Source: a virus | Lineage: Duplodnaviria; Heunggongvirae; Uroviricota; Caudoviricetes | Direction: 5' to 3' (one strand) | Length of the DNA: 64,000 nt | IMG/VR virus record: IMGVR_UViG_3300011187_000002 | In this document: positions 29,484-39,000 of the stretch, in pieces | How positions within the stretch are numbered: position 1 is the stretch's first letter | How the letters are laid out: every line of letters begins with the position of its first letter | Position numbers and translations under genes: made by a program | The notes under the pieces: generated by a model | Seen by the model: only the letters and a program-made list of their open reading frames with translations | What the model was told of the DNA's origin: nothing | Databases searched by the model: none

Positions 29484-30560
29484 AAAGACGCATGGTTATC
29501 CTTTTGTGGATTTTCTCTGTAGTTCATTGACTACAGGAAAAGGGAACCATGTCAGACTATGAAGATTGGAATTGTCCTTATTGTAATACTACCTTACCTC
29601 TAAAAAGCAAATACACAAAAAGTGGACATTTATCTAGATGTTCAGCTTGGAAGGAGTGGCGAGACTCCACCCTAACCGAAGAATTCCTTTACGCACATTA
29701 TGTTCAACAAGGGAAAGCCATGTCACACATTGCGCAAGAATTGGGATTATCTTCAGTGGCTACTATTAATAGGAAAATGAAAGAATTTGGGATCGAAACC
29801 AGATCCATCTCCGCAGCTAAAAAGATGCCTAAAGCTAGGCAGAGGGCTAAAGACACACACTTGGATAAATATGGTTCCCCTCATAATTTTTGTGCTGATC
29901 ACCCTTCTAGACACGAGTGGGAGGCAAGGCTGCTAGAAGAAGAGGGTATTACCAATGTTTTTCAAAGGGAAAGCGTTAAGGAGAAGATTAAGCAATCTTA
30001 TGAAGAAAGGTATGGTACTAGGAACTTATGGACTCTAGACTGGTATCGCTCCAAGATTGCTCAGTCAATGGTATTCTCTTCCATCCACCAACAAGTGTAC
30101 CAATACTTGAGTAAAATAGGAATCCCTTGTTCCGTGGAGTTTCACTTAGATAAAGATGGCGATAAAAAGGCGTTTTTCGACATCCATGTAGAAGGAACTA
30201 CCAAGTTGATAGAGGTGCATGGTGATTATTGGCACGCCAACCCTGAAATTTACAATGCGGATGATGTTTTTAATTACCCTCAAGAGAGTATGACTGCTCA
30301 AGAGAAATGGGATTATGATGCCGAACGTGTAACTTTAGCAAACGAAGCTGGATTCGACGTTCTGGTTTTGTGGGAGAAGGATATTAACGAAGATTGGGAA
30401 GATTGTTGCGATAAGTTAGATGAATATATAGGAGTAAAAGATGCCTAAAAAGGTCAAGATCAAGAGTATCAGAAAACTGGAAAGTCATGATTCGGATCGA
30501 TATGACTTACAGGTCCGTGGGAATCATAATTTTTTCGCCAATGGTGTGTTAGTTCATAAC
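29181..30560 (+). mobile_element. split-intein plus free-standing endonuclease cassette (fractured gene)
   Basis: AT-rich block running exactly from the intein Cys1 codon to the terminal His-Asn codons. Confidence 0.85.
29549..30448 (+). CDS. free-standing Vsr-like/PD-(D/E)xK homing endonuclease
   Basis: N-terminal Zn finger and HTH; C-terminal FFDIHV...LIEVHGDYWH...GFDVLVLWE. Confidence 0.8.
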   Translation: MSDYEDWNCPYCNTTLPLKSKYTKSGHLSRCSAWKEWRDSTLTEEFLYAHYVQQGKAMSHIAQELGLSSVATINRKMKEFGIETRSISAAKKMPKARQRAKDTHLDKYGSPHNFCADHPSRHEWEARLLEEEGITNVFQRESVKEKIKQSYEERYGTRNLWTLDWYRSKIAQSMVFSSIHQQVYQYLSKIGIPCSVEFHLDKDGDKKAFFDIHVEGTTKLIEVHGDYWHANPEIYNADDVFNYPQESMTAQEKWDYDAERVTLANEAGFDVLVLWEKDINEDWEDCCDKLDEYIGVKDA

Positions 30561-31151
30561 TCATGGTGTCAGCTTGGTGTGATCCCTCAGCAGTTGACCT
30601 ACCAAGATTACGGGCGTCTCGTCGTATGTTCGAAAGGGCTGGGGTCGAAAGGGCTGGCTTTCAAACCGGAGGCCGAACAGAACGCAAACAACCTGTACCT
30701 TCGGGTAGCCCGGCACCTCAACGCACTGGAAAGGTTGGCCGATTACGAGGTGCCGATCTTCGTTATTGGCGAGGTGTTTGGCTCAGGGGTCCAAGATTTG
30801 GGTTACGGGGCACACACAAAATCGGATGAGACGTTAGGTTTCCGCGTGTTCGATGTGTACGAGGGTCAACCTCAACACGGTCGGTACCTCAACGACGACG
30901 AACTCACGCAGTTTTGTGAAGAGCGCGGATTCGAACGGGTGCCGGTACTTTACCGTGGCCCCTTTTCGAAAGCCAAAATGCTTCAACTAACTACCGGCGC
31001 TGAAACAGTCAGTGGTGAAGAGGCGCATATCCGGGAAGGGGTCGTAGTTAGACCTACAGAGGAGCGGCGTGATCTCCTGATTGGCCGGGTCCAACTCAAA
31101 AGCGTCAGCGACGATTACCTGCTTCGAAAAAACGGAACGGAACTTACATGA
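30441..31151 (+). CDS. split intein C-fragment (40 aa) fused to RNA ligase C-terminal half
   Basis: YDLQVRGNHNFFANGVLVHN|S; ligase motifs IGEVFG, FRVFD, REGVVVRP, QLKSVS. Confidence 0.9.
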   Translation: MPKKVKIKSIRKLESHDSDRYDLQVRGNHNFFANGVLVHNSWCQLGVIPQQLTYQDYGRLVVCSKGLGSKGLAFKPEAEQNANNLYLRVARHLNALERLADYEVPIFVIGEVFGSGVQDLGYGAHTKSDETLGFRVFDVYEGQPQHGRYLNDDELTQFCEERGFERVPVLYRGPFSKAKMLQLTTGAETVSGEEAHIREGVVVRPTEERRDLLIGRVQLKSVSDDYLLRKNGTELT

Positions 31152-31744
31152 ACCTGCGCGAACTCAAATGGCTATCGTCTTTACAGACCAAGTTACAGGA
31201 TCAAGTGGCGGAGCTTATCAACGAAGATATCCTCTTTAAGGGGATGTATGTGTATAGCCTCAATCAAGTGTCTATCGAAGGCGAAGAGATCAGAATCGAG
31301 GTTAACGTAGAAACCCTTAAAGATAGGACGCTCACCTCTGTCCAATCCCGCCTTCTCTTGAGCGAATTCGTCAAGCTGGGGCGTACTGAGGATGAGGTGG
31401 AAGAGGTGGAAGAGGATTTCCATGTGAACCGGTCCGTAATCATGCAAATGGCCCGTGATCACGACGACCGCGCCGAGGGGAAGGAACCTATGGAACCCGA
31501 GGAACCCCAATTGAAATCTATGGAGGGCCTCGACCTCGATGGTGACGGTTATTCATCGCCTTCGGTTCGGCGTGACCGGAGGACGCAAGTAGCTGAGTTG
31601 CTAAGAGGGGTGGAAGGGCGTGCGTCGTTAGAAATGTCGCACAGGGACGCGGGGTATGTTAAGTCCGCAGAGGAAGAATTCCTTGCAGGCATAGAGCGCA
31701 ATGGGATGTGGGCGAAGTTGAATGAGCTTATGGAAGACGAATGA
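31148..31744 (+). CDS. acidic hypothetical protein
   Basis: ATGA-coupled 198-aa ORF. Confidence 0.6.
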   Translation: MNLRELKWLSSLQTKLQDQVAELINEDILFKGMYVYSLNQVSIEGEEIRIEVNVETLKDRTLTSVQSRLLLSEFVKLGRTEDEVEEVEEDFHVNRSVIMQMARDHDDRAEGKEPMEPEEPQLKSMEGLDLDGDGYSSPSVRRDRRTQVAELLRGVEGRASLEMSHRDAGYVKSAEEEFLAGIERNGMWAKLNELMEDE

Positions 31745-31765
31745 GGCCCTCATTTTGAGGGTAAA

Positions 31766-31843
31766 TCAGCCAAATTTTTGGTGCAGACCAAATTCGATTT
31801 TTTTGATTTCATTCGGGGGCTTCGGAAGTTAAGCAAGCGGTTT
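31766..31843. repeat. 78-bp dispersed repeat, copy 1
   Basis: 27 of first 31 nt and last 17 nt identical to 59103..59180. Confidence 0.8.
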
Positions 31844-32357
31844 TAGGGATCAGGCCGAACCCCCGCTCAAGCATCCCCGCCACCATGTTGAACACTTGAT
31901 CTGCATCCAGATCCCCTGTGTGAATACATATCTCGCTATCACACCGGAACTCCCAGATATCGGCATTGACCTCAACCGCCGCATCAATGTCTGTGAACCC
32001 GTGGTCACGACGGTCCATACGGGCCATACGGGCCTGTAGCGCTTCCCGGTTCGCAACCAGAGACACTACCCTATGCGTCACCCCCTCCTCTTTCATAACG
32101 TCCACGGGGGCGACGATCTTGCCTTGGTAAAACGTGTCCACAAGCATCACCAGATCACGCCCTTGACGCTCTAAAGCGCCCACAAGAGCCTGTTGGATAG
32201 CTTCGGTATGTTGCCAGTCGTCTGTCCAGTCGTTTTCTGGCAATGCTTGGCGGATGTGATCGACCTCGATCACCACGCTATCCCTGAAGTGTTCTAGCAA
32301 GCTATGTGCGAGGGTGGTTTTACCCACCCCCGGTGCGCCTTGTATGAATAAAATCAT
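31809..32357 (-). CDS. P-loop nucleotide/polynucleotide kinase-like protein
   Basis: N-terminal GAPGVGKTT, DxxR motif, lid-like arginines. Confidence 0.75.
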   Translation of the reverse strand: MILFIQGAPGVGKTTLAHSLLEHFRDSVVIEVDHIRQALPENDWTDDWQHTEAIQQALVGALERQGRDLVMLVDTFYQGKIVAPVDVMKEEGVTHRVVSLVANREALQARMARMDRRDHGFTDIDAAVEVNADIWEFRCDSEICIHTGDLDADQVFNMVAGMLERGFGLIPKTACLTSEAPE

Positions 32358-32365
32358 GTCCGACC

Positions 32366-32857
32366 CTACAGCAGTTTGCGAATCTCACCGACGATCTTGA
32401 CTTGGCTCCCGGATAGATTGCGTTTCGTTTCCAACGTGTTCAGCATATCCGCAGTATCTTCACGGTACGATTCAGTCGGACTGTCCATGATGTTTGACAG
32501 ACGATCGGCAAGTTTGATGACCAACGCATAGCTAGACATGCCGGTCATTTTCTTGGTGAGATATTCGTTTTTGCCGATACGCTCAATCTCATCGTCGTCC
32601 GACGTCAGTTCGTGAACCAACGACGCTACCAGCGGCGTGAATTCACTGGCTAACTCTTCGAAGGTTGTGTCCGTATCTTCCAGCGTGTCGTGCAGGAGGC
32701 AGGCGACCATCAATTCTTCAAGCCGCTCGGACTCTTTGTTGTCCGCCAACAGAAACGCCACCGTGATGGGGTGGATAACGTAAGGCAACCCAGACACCTT
32801 GCGGGTTTGACCCTTGTGTTTTTCACTGGCGAATTGGACAGCTTTAATCAGTAGCAT
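32366..32857 (-). CDS. HD-domain hydrolase, SpoT/MESH1-like small alarmone hydrolase
   Basis: HKGQTRK..PYVIHP, LLHDTLEDT, IKLADRLSN. Confidence 0.85.
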   Translation of the reverse strand: MLLIKAVQFASEKHKGQTRKVSGLPYVIHPITVAFLLADNKESERLEELMVACLLHDTLEDTDTTFEELASEFTPLVASLVHELTSDDDEIERIGKNEYLTKKMTGMSSYALVIKLADRLSNIMDSPTESYREDTADMLNTLETKRNLSGSQVKIVGEIRKLL

Positions 32858-32891
32858 TTCGATCTCCTACAGTCACGTTATGTTCTACTCC

Positions 32892-32965
32892 CCTATACCG
32901 TAGGGTTACGCCTTCTGTCAAAACTCAAAGAAACTTTTGACAGACCTATGACACTAGGGTATAGG
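32892..32965. promoter_or_regulatory. back-to-back pair of repeated promoters
   Basis: minus TTGACA-18-TATAGG (32921-32892) and plus TTGACA-17-TATAGG (32937-32965). Confidence 0.7.
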
Positions 32966-33040
32966 TTAGTGAAGCAAGGGACGACACCTACTACGAACCA
33001 AACGGAGACGACGATACTTAAAAGTGATGGAAAAGTTGGA

Positions 33041-33871
33041 ATGAAAGTGCTGTTCGGTCGAGGCAGCGGTGAGAAAACCCTCGGCAAGATCGTCAAAATC
33101 AACCGCAAAAATTTCAAAGTAGAGACGCTGGAAGTGCGCGGTACCAAAAAGACGCATCGCAAGGGTGGCCGATGGAACGTGCCGCCTTCGCTTTGCAAAC
33201 CGGCCCCGAGTGCCGAGCCTAGCCGCCAATCGGCCCCGCAGCCGAAGGCCAGCCGGGTGAAAATCAAAACCACCACCAGCTATTCGTACCGGTCCAACAA
33301 CAAAGAGGTTCGAAACAGACGGGCGAGGGAAGCCGCTGGCCGGTCCGCTGATGTGTTGAAAGCCGCTTGTGACCTGAGCAACCCGCCCACGTACATCAAA
33401 GCGTCGAGGCGCTATTTGGACGGCACCACGATCCGTAAGCGTGGCGATGAGTATGATGGTCAGCGCCAGAAGCTGTACGATGCTGAAAAGAAATGCACCC
33501 GTGGCACCGAGTTCAAAACTTTCCGTCAGGCGGAGCGCTACTTGGACAAGATGTTGAATTCGGCATGGTTCAACCGCCGTTTCAACAACCCGAACGTCAC
33601 GCTTCGACCGGGCCGAGGTAGCGGCAGCGCTTGCTACAGCAACGGTAGCATCCGCCTCAGCACCAAAAACCACATGTGCGAACGCATCCTGATTCACGAA
33701 CTGACGCACGCCTTGGTTCCGAAGCCGCACGCTGGCCACGGTCGTCTGTTTTGCGCCATCTACCTTGACCTTGTGCGACACTTCATGGGCGAAGACGCCT
33801 ACGACCAGTTGGTTGCTGGCTACCGTGCCAAAAACGTGAAGTACCAGCCGCACAGATCCGCGAAGCGCTAA
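33041..33871 (+). CDS. basic protein with C-terminal zincin (SprT-like) motif
   Basis: ILIHELTH...HAGHGRLF; start placed downstream of the promoter. Confidence 0.7.
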   Translation: MKVLFGRGSGEKTLGKIVKINRKNFKVETLEVRGTKKTHRKGGRWNVPPSLCKPAPSAEPSRQSAPQPKASRVKIKTTTSYSYRSNNKEVRNRRAREAAGRSADVLKAACDLSNPPTYIKASRRYLDGTTIRKRGDEYDGQRQKLYDAEKKCTRGTEFKTFRQAERYLDKMLNSAWFNRRFNNPNVTLRPGRGSGSACYSNGSIRLSTKNHMCERILIHELTHALVPKPHAGHGRLFCAIYLDLVRHFMGEDAYDQLVAGYRAKNVKYQPHRSAKR

Positions 33872-34024
33872 ATCAAGGCCCCTTCGAATGCCCCACAGTA
33901 GTGGGGCTATTCGACCTTGACCTCCAGCGCTCCGAAGCCTACTTGCTCTCTAGGACTTTTGACGGAGTAGGTACACTTAGGGTATAGGTTACTGGTAACA
34001 CATAAGACACACGGAGATTCGACC

Positions 34025-34516
34025 ATGTACACATTCGGCAACGTTGTTAAAAACGGCATTTTCGTTAAGGATGGCCACCGCTATCGTCGCATCCCCAAGT
34101 CGAAGTTCTGGAACAATGAGGGCAACGAATGGGTATTTTTCAATGCGGTGAGTACCGACCGCGATGCAAGCCCGCAGTTGTTCTTCGAAGAAGATGAAGC
34201 CGTCGACGATATCCCGTGGCGTCCGTACCGCAAAGAGGCGGTTCCGCTGGAAGATATTTTCCGCGAATTCGAACAGGTGGTTACGCATTTCCGTAAACAA
34301 GCCCACGACGTCCGGGAAAAGGAAAAGGACCCGGACTTGGCTGAGATGTACGAGGATGATGCGGACAGTCTGGAATACGTCCTCACGAATGCCCGTGACG
34401 GCCACTGGAATTTGGCGTATTCAAATATGCGACGGCTGGATACCGCCGTGCGGGAACGGATTCCCCGTGAAATGTACGACGAGATTTGCGAACACCACAT
34501 GATGGATAACCAGTGA
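34025..34516 (+). CDS. hypothetical protein
   Basis: GGAG RBS; promoter copy at 33959. Confidence 0.65.
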   Translation: MYTFGNVVKNGIFVKDGHRYRRIPKSKFWNNEGNEWVFFNAVSTDRDASPQLFFEEDEAVDDIPWRPYRKEAVPLEDIFREFEQVVTHFRKQAHDVREKEKDPDLAEMYEDDADSLEYVLTNARDGHWNLAYSNMRRLDTAVRERIPREMYDEICEHHMMDNQ

Positions 34517-34839
34517 CAGTTTGCGCAGTTTATATCGAACGGGTCGGGGGACCAACTTTGGAAATACGGGGATACAACAAAATCCCCAACACCCTACCCG
34601 ACCGGGGTGATTTCATCCGGGTTCCCGGTAAAGCTAATCCGTACCGCGTGGTCGAACGTATGTGGACGTACAGCGACCAGCCAGAGGCCCTAGACTGTTT
34701 CGTAACCCTGTACGTGACCGAACGTAAGCCTTCCCTACTGCGACGTCTCTGGAGGCGTCTGAGAGGCCGAGATGGGTCGCAAAGAATTCAACAAGATACT
34801 CCGCAGGTACGATTACCAGCGGAAATCGAGCAAGGATGA
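34513..34839 (+). CDS. hypothetical protein
   Basis: coupled to the upstream gene. Confidence 0.5.
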   Translation: MTVCAVYIERVGGPTLEIRGYNKIPNTLPDRGDFIRVPGKANPYRVVERMWTYSDQPEALDCFVTLYVTERKPSLLRRLWRRLRGRDGSQRIQQDTPQVRLPAEIEQG

Positions 34840-35092
34840 GTACGGCGACCGTATCTACACCTACACGCACGATGAGGTGGGGGTCGTGCTAACGGTTGAC
34901 CAACATACAGTGGACCTTGAGGGGTCGTCGTGGTCGTGCTATCACTTCGAACAGGCTGCAGCGTTACTTGTCGGAGCCGTAGGTTCAAGTAAATGCGGAA
35001 TCCGCAGTCGAGATCAACGTCAATGGTATCTGCATCAACGACACGTTTCACAACAGCTTGTTAGTTCCAAAGATCCATGCTCCGTAAGGTAA
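34772..35092 (+). CDS. hypothetical protein; 3' part overlaps a nuclease remnant
   Basis: GAGG RBS. Confidence 0.45.
   Translation: MGRKEFNKILRRYDYQRKSSKDEYGDRIYTYTHDEVGVVLTVDQHTVDLEGSSWSCYHFEQAAALLVGAVGSSKCGIRSRDQRQWYLHQRHVSQQLVSSKDPCSVR
34974..35078 (-). pseudogene. remnant of an SNase/thermonuclease-like gene
   Basis: GGAG RBS then MDLWN*QAVVKRVVDADTIDVDLDCGFRIYLNLRL; in-frame TAA and no C-terminal part. Confidence 0.6.
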
Positions 35093-35126
35093 GTTAGGTC
35101 CTACCTCCGATACAAGGAGATTCTAT

Positions 35127-35420
35127 ATGTGGAAAGAGATCAAACAGTGGCTTTATCGACGCCTCCACTTCCATAGCTGGAGGTATGAGTATCGGCTTTG
35201 TCATTACAAGAGGGCACACATGCCTTCTGTGATCACAGGTACCCCCGAGCAGAGGAAGACCCAAAAGCGTAGGCTTGAAAATGAGGAGTTCAGTGCCGAC
35301 GTACGGCACCGGGTCTGCAATTTATGTGGGAAGGTAGAGAGAAAGAATCTATCCCCCTCTTTCAACGGACAGCGGCCCCGTGGTGGCTACTGGATTTTCG
35401 TGGAGTACGAAAATGACTAA
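35127..35420 (+). CDS. hypothetical protein
   Basis: AAGGAG RBS; CxxC motif. Confidence 0.55.
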   Translation: MWKEIKQWLYRRLHFHSWRYEYRLCHYKRAHMPSVITGTPEQRKTQKRRLENEEFSADVRHRVCNLCGKVERKNLSPSFNGQRPRGGYWIFVEYEND

Positions 35421-35844
35421 AGAAGAAGCCAACCAAGAGATCCAACAGCTCCTGTTTGATATTGTCGAGAAGGTGCTCTACTTACGGAATGATGCCCAAG
35501 TGAAACCTGCCGTATCTATCAGCTTTCGACCGTGGGAATATCCTGAGGAGGCTATAAATATCAGTGTGGGTACTCATATTGACTCTGATCATTTCGTCAA
35601 AGACCGCTTTCTCTTCAAGCTGGACCAAGCCGTTATTATGGCGGCAGACGATCACTGGAGACGGGTGCTTGGCACACGAGAAGGCCACGTTGGCATTGGC
35701 CGGGCATTATCTACAGCGGGCGATTACTACGAGGAGAGCCCACTGGTAGCTTCGATCCGGGAGTCTATTGAGGCCCGTCAACATGCCAAGGTCGAGAAAA
35801 AACGCAACAACCGGATGGCAAAACTGATGCGGAACGCATCGTAA
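35413..35844 (+). CDS. hypothetical protein
   Basis: start moved to ATG 35413 after GGAG. Confidence 0.6.
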   Translation: MTKEEANQEIQQLLFDIVEKVLYLRNDAQVKPAVSISFRPWEYPEEAINISVGTHIDSDHFVKDRFLFKLDQAVIMAADDHWRRVLGTREGHVGIGRALSTAGDYYEESPLVASIRESIEARQHAKVEKKRNNRMAKLMRNAS

Positions 35845-36001
35845 TAGACTTGACGGCCCCCTTGCTCTATGGTACGTATGGAATATGGAGCGGTGACTGA
35901 GCTGGTAAAGTTCCGCAGCCTTGGTGTCGTCGCTGCCGATGTAACGACTCCTAATCAATAAGCAGTACGACGCTCGATAATTGCTTCACTCAGGATGTGA
36001 T

Positions 36002-39000
36002 ATGAACCTCCAAGAATTTCGTCAATTTTTCGAGAATCCTACTGCCGACGCTGGCGCACCTGCGCCAGATGAGGAAGATGGGCCAACACGATCCTCAACA
36101 CAGTTCGCACGCCCAGGGGCCAAGCCGGTGCGGAACGATGGAGGTTCGCACCTCAGCGCGGACTCGATCAGTTTTGCGCGTCATTTGCTACGACGACTTC
36201 TAGGTGCAGAACCTAGCGGTTGGCCTCGCGATAAGGTGTTAAAGGCCGACCACCGCGCCTTACAATATCTGCCGGAAAAGGTTCACTATATAGCACCGTC
36301 GGATAACGGTCGCGATTTCCACACTCTCATCATCGAATTTGATTCCACCGGCCGCGAGTTGCTGCAGGAATCAAAGCGACTCTTTCCTCAAGCAGCGAAG
36401 TTGGATCTAATTGAGGACGCCCTCGATCGCTTTGGCCAAGCGGCACTGAAGGGATTCGCCAAATACGAGCAGAAAGCGTTCGCGGACAAACGCGGAGAGT
36501 ACGTCCCCGTAGGAAGACCTGAACAAACGATGATTGTTCTATCGGTTCGTGACGACCGTGCTTCCGACGAGCGCATCGCACACCTCGTCCATTTCGTGCG
36601 GCAAGGGGAGGACGCTCAGGGCTCTTCTGAGATCGACCACCCACCGATGGAGAGCTTTTCTGTACGTCAAGAGGCTGTGACCTGGGAGCCACAGCTAAAG
36701 CAGGACTACACGCTACAACTCTTTCATCGATTCGTAGCCCCGCTTCAAGAAGGCAAGTGGTCACAGGCGTTCGCGCGCGAAGAAGAGCGCCGCGAAGCTA
36801 GAAAGCTCCTGGATGTCCTGAGCGGTCAAGCGACTGAAGAATCGTTTGAAGATGTGATAACGAATCTCCTCGAGGAAATCGCTCTGAGTTTTGGTCTCGA
36901 AGCAGATGACCATCAAGCACGAGTCACGCGGAGACACTTGCTAAGTGATCATGATATTGGGATCGATCCGGACCGGAACTTGCCGGATGGATTTGAAAAC
37001 CCACTCAAGGGCTTTTTGATTCATGATGTCGCCAACAGACTCCTCGGTTACATAGTGTACCTGCCCCAAAATGGCGAAGATGCGGATACACTTCGCGATA
37101 GACTTCAAAAGTACAATCGCTTCCACAACGTCTTGGTTATCTACCCGACCACTGACCAAAAGGATGAGACATCGCTCGAGGTCGGTCTCTGGCAAGGGGA
37201 CCGAGAGCTCCGGGGTAAGCTGTTAAAGAAAGGAGCCAATTACATCGGGCCGGCGCGGCTAATCTCCATGCTTTCGCGGTTCTTTATGGTAAGCCGGGCA
37301 GAGGTGGAAAACCAGACCGAGTTAGCTCAAGAACTGGCGTATAGGGCCCGTTATCTTCGACGCCTAGCTATCCGTCAGCTTAAAGCGGAGAAAGAAGATG
37401 GACCTATGTGCAAGCTATATGAAGCATTTACAGCTGCGCTTATCCACAACCAAACAGAGGAGGAGTTTGCCGATGCGTACGCGCAAACACTTGCCTATGG
37501 GCTTCTATCAGCTCGGTGGATATCAAAAGACCAATTTCAAGTATCGGGGGATCGCTTTACGCGTGAGACAGCTCTCGACCACATGCCGACTACCAGCCCA
37601 TTCCTCAGAAGTTTCTTTCAGACCGTGCTGCAAGAGAACTTCGATCCCAAGCAGAAATGGCTATTGGAGGATATCGCCAACTTCCTTGATCGCATTCAAA
37701 TAGAGCAGATATTCGGCCACAAAGATGGCGAACCAACGATCTCTACCGACCCAGTGATACACTTTTATGAACCATTTTTGCAGGAGTACGATCCAGTAAC
37801 GAGAAAGGAACGGGGCGTATACTATACCCCTGATCCGCTGGTCCATCACATCGTCGAGTCCGTAAATCAGCACTTAAAAGAGAACCTCCACCTCCCTCTT
37901 GGGCTTGCTGACACCACCACCTGGGCGGAGTACGTCGAACGCCACCCCAAAATCTCCATTCCTCCAGTCGCAGACCCGGATTCGCCTCTGGTTCAAATCC
38001 TTGATCCAGCTGCGGGAACGGGAACATTCCTCAAGCATGTGATTGAGGTAATCCATCATGAATTCTGTACTGCATCGAAGGACACCACCAAAAAGCTCGA
38101 AGCTGATAGCTGGTCGCAATACGTGGAGGACTCACTACTGCCTCGCCTCCACGGTTTCGAGCTAATGGTTGCTCCATATGCCGTATGTCACATCAAGCTC
38201 GCACTTACTCTGCAAGCAACGGGATATGAACCTACCGACGATAGCCGTATAAATGTATTCCTGACGAATGCGCTAGAGGCCCCACTGACCAGCACGCCTC
38301 AGCTTGACTGGACGAGGATAGTTAATCTAACGGACGAATCTCGCGAGGCCAGTAAAGTCAAAGGGGAAACAGCTCTCACTGTGATTGTAGGTAATCCTCC
38401 ATATAGCCGCAGTACAAAGAACAAAAACCCCCACATCGATGCCCTCGTTGCCGCTTATAAAGATCCCGTCCGTGCTCATGAAGGTAACATCCAGCCGCTA
38501 GATGACGACTACATAAAATTTTGGCGGATAGCTGAACACTGGATAGAGCTGACCAACCTCGGAATTGCGGCCTTAGTGAGTAATAACACTTTCTATTCTG
38601 GACGTATCCACCGAGGGATCCGCCGACATCATCTTGATACATTTGACTTCATAGACTGCTTAGACCTTCAAGAGACCGGCAAACTCACAACTGCCACTAC
38701 AGATGGAGTTCAGCCTGATGACAATGTCTTCCCCCCTATTACTGAGGCTACTTCTGTAACGCTTGCGGTAAAAACAGGTGGTGATTCATCTCGTACATCG
38801 GTTCACTATCGCGCTATTACTGGGACACGCGAAGCCAAGTACTCATTACTCCGCTCAAATGTTGACGGAGTCACCAGTTTCGATTTGGACCTTCGCGCAC
38901 CCTACTGGTTGTTCATTCCACGTGACGAAGATTATGTTGCTAATCACGAAGAAGTATATGAGTCCTTTGTGAAACTCGACGATCTTTTTAAATTCTCTAA

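Noticed and set aside
29181-30560. Group I intron or sequencing frameshift in one contiguous intein
   Set aside because: Non-coding gaps are too short for an intron core, and each ORF has its own start and RBS-like sequence, which fits a split intein.
32966-33853. 295-aa minus-strand ORF
   Set aside because: Antisense shadow of the HExxH gene.
35887-35960. Functional tRNA gene
   Set aside because: Only an acceptor 5' strand and D-arm-like part are present; no T arm or 3' acceptor strand.
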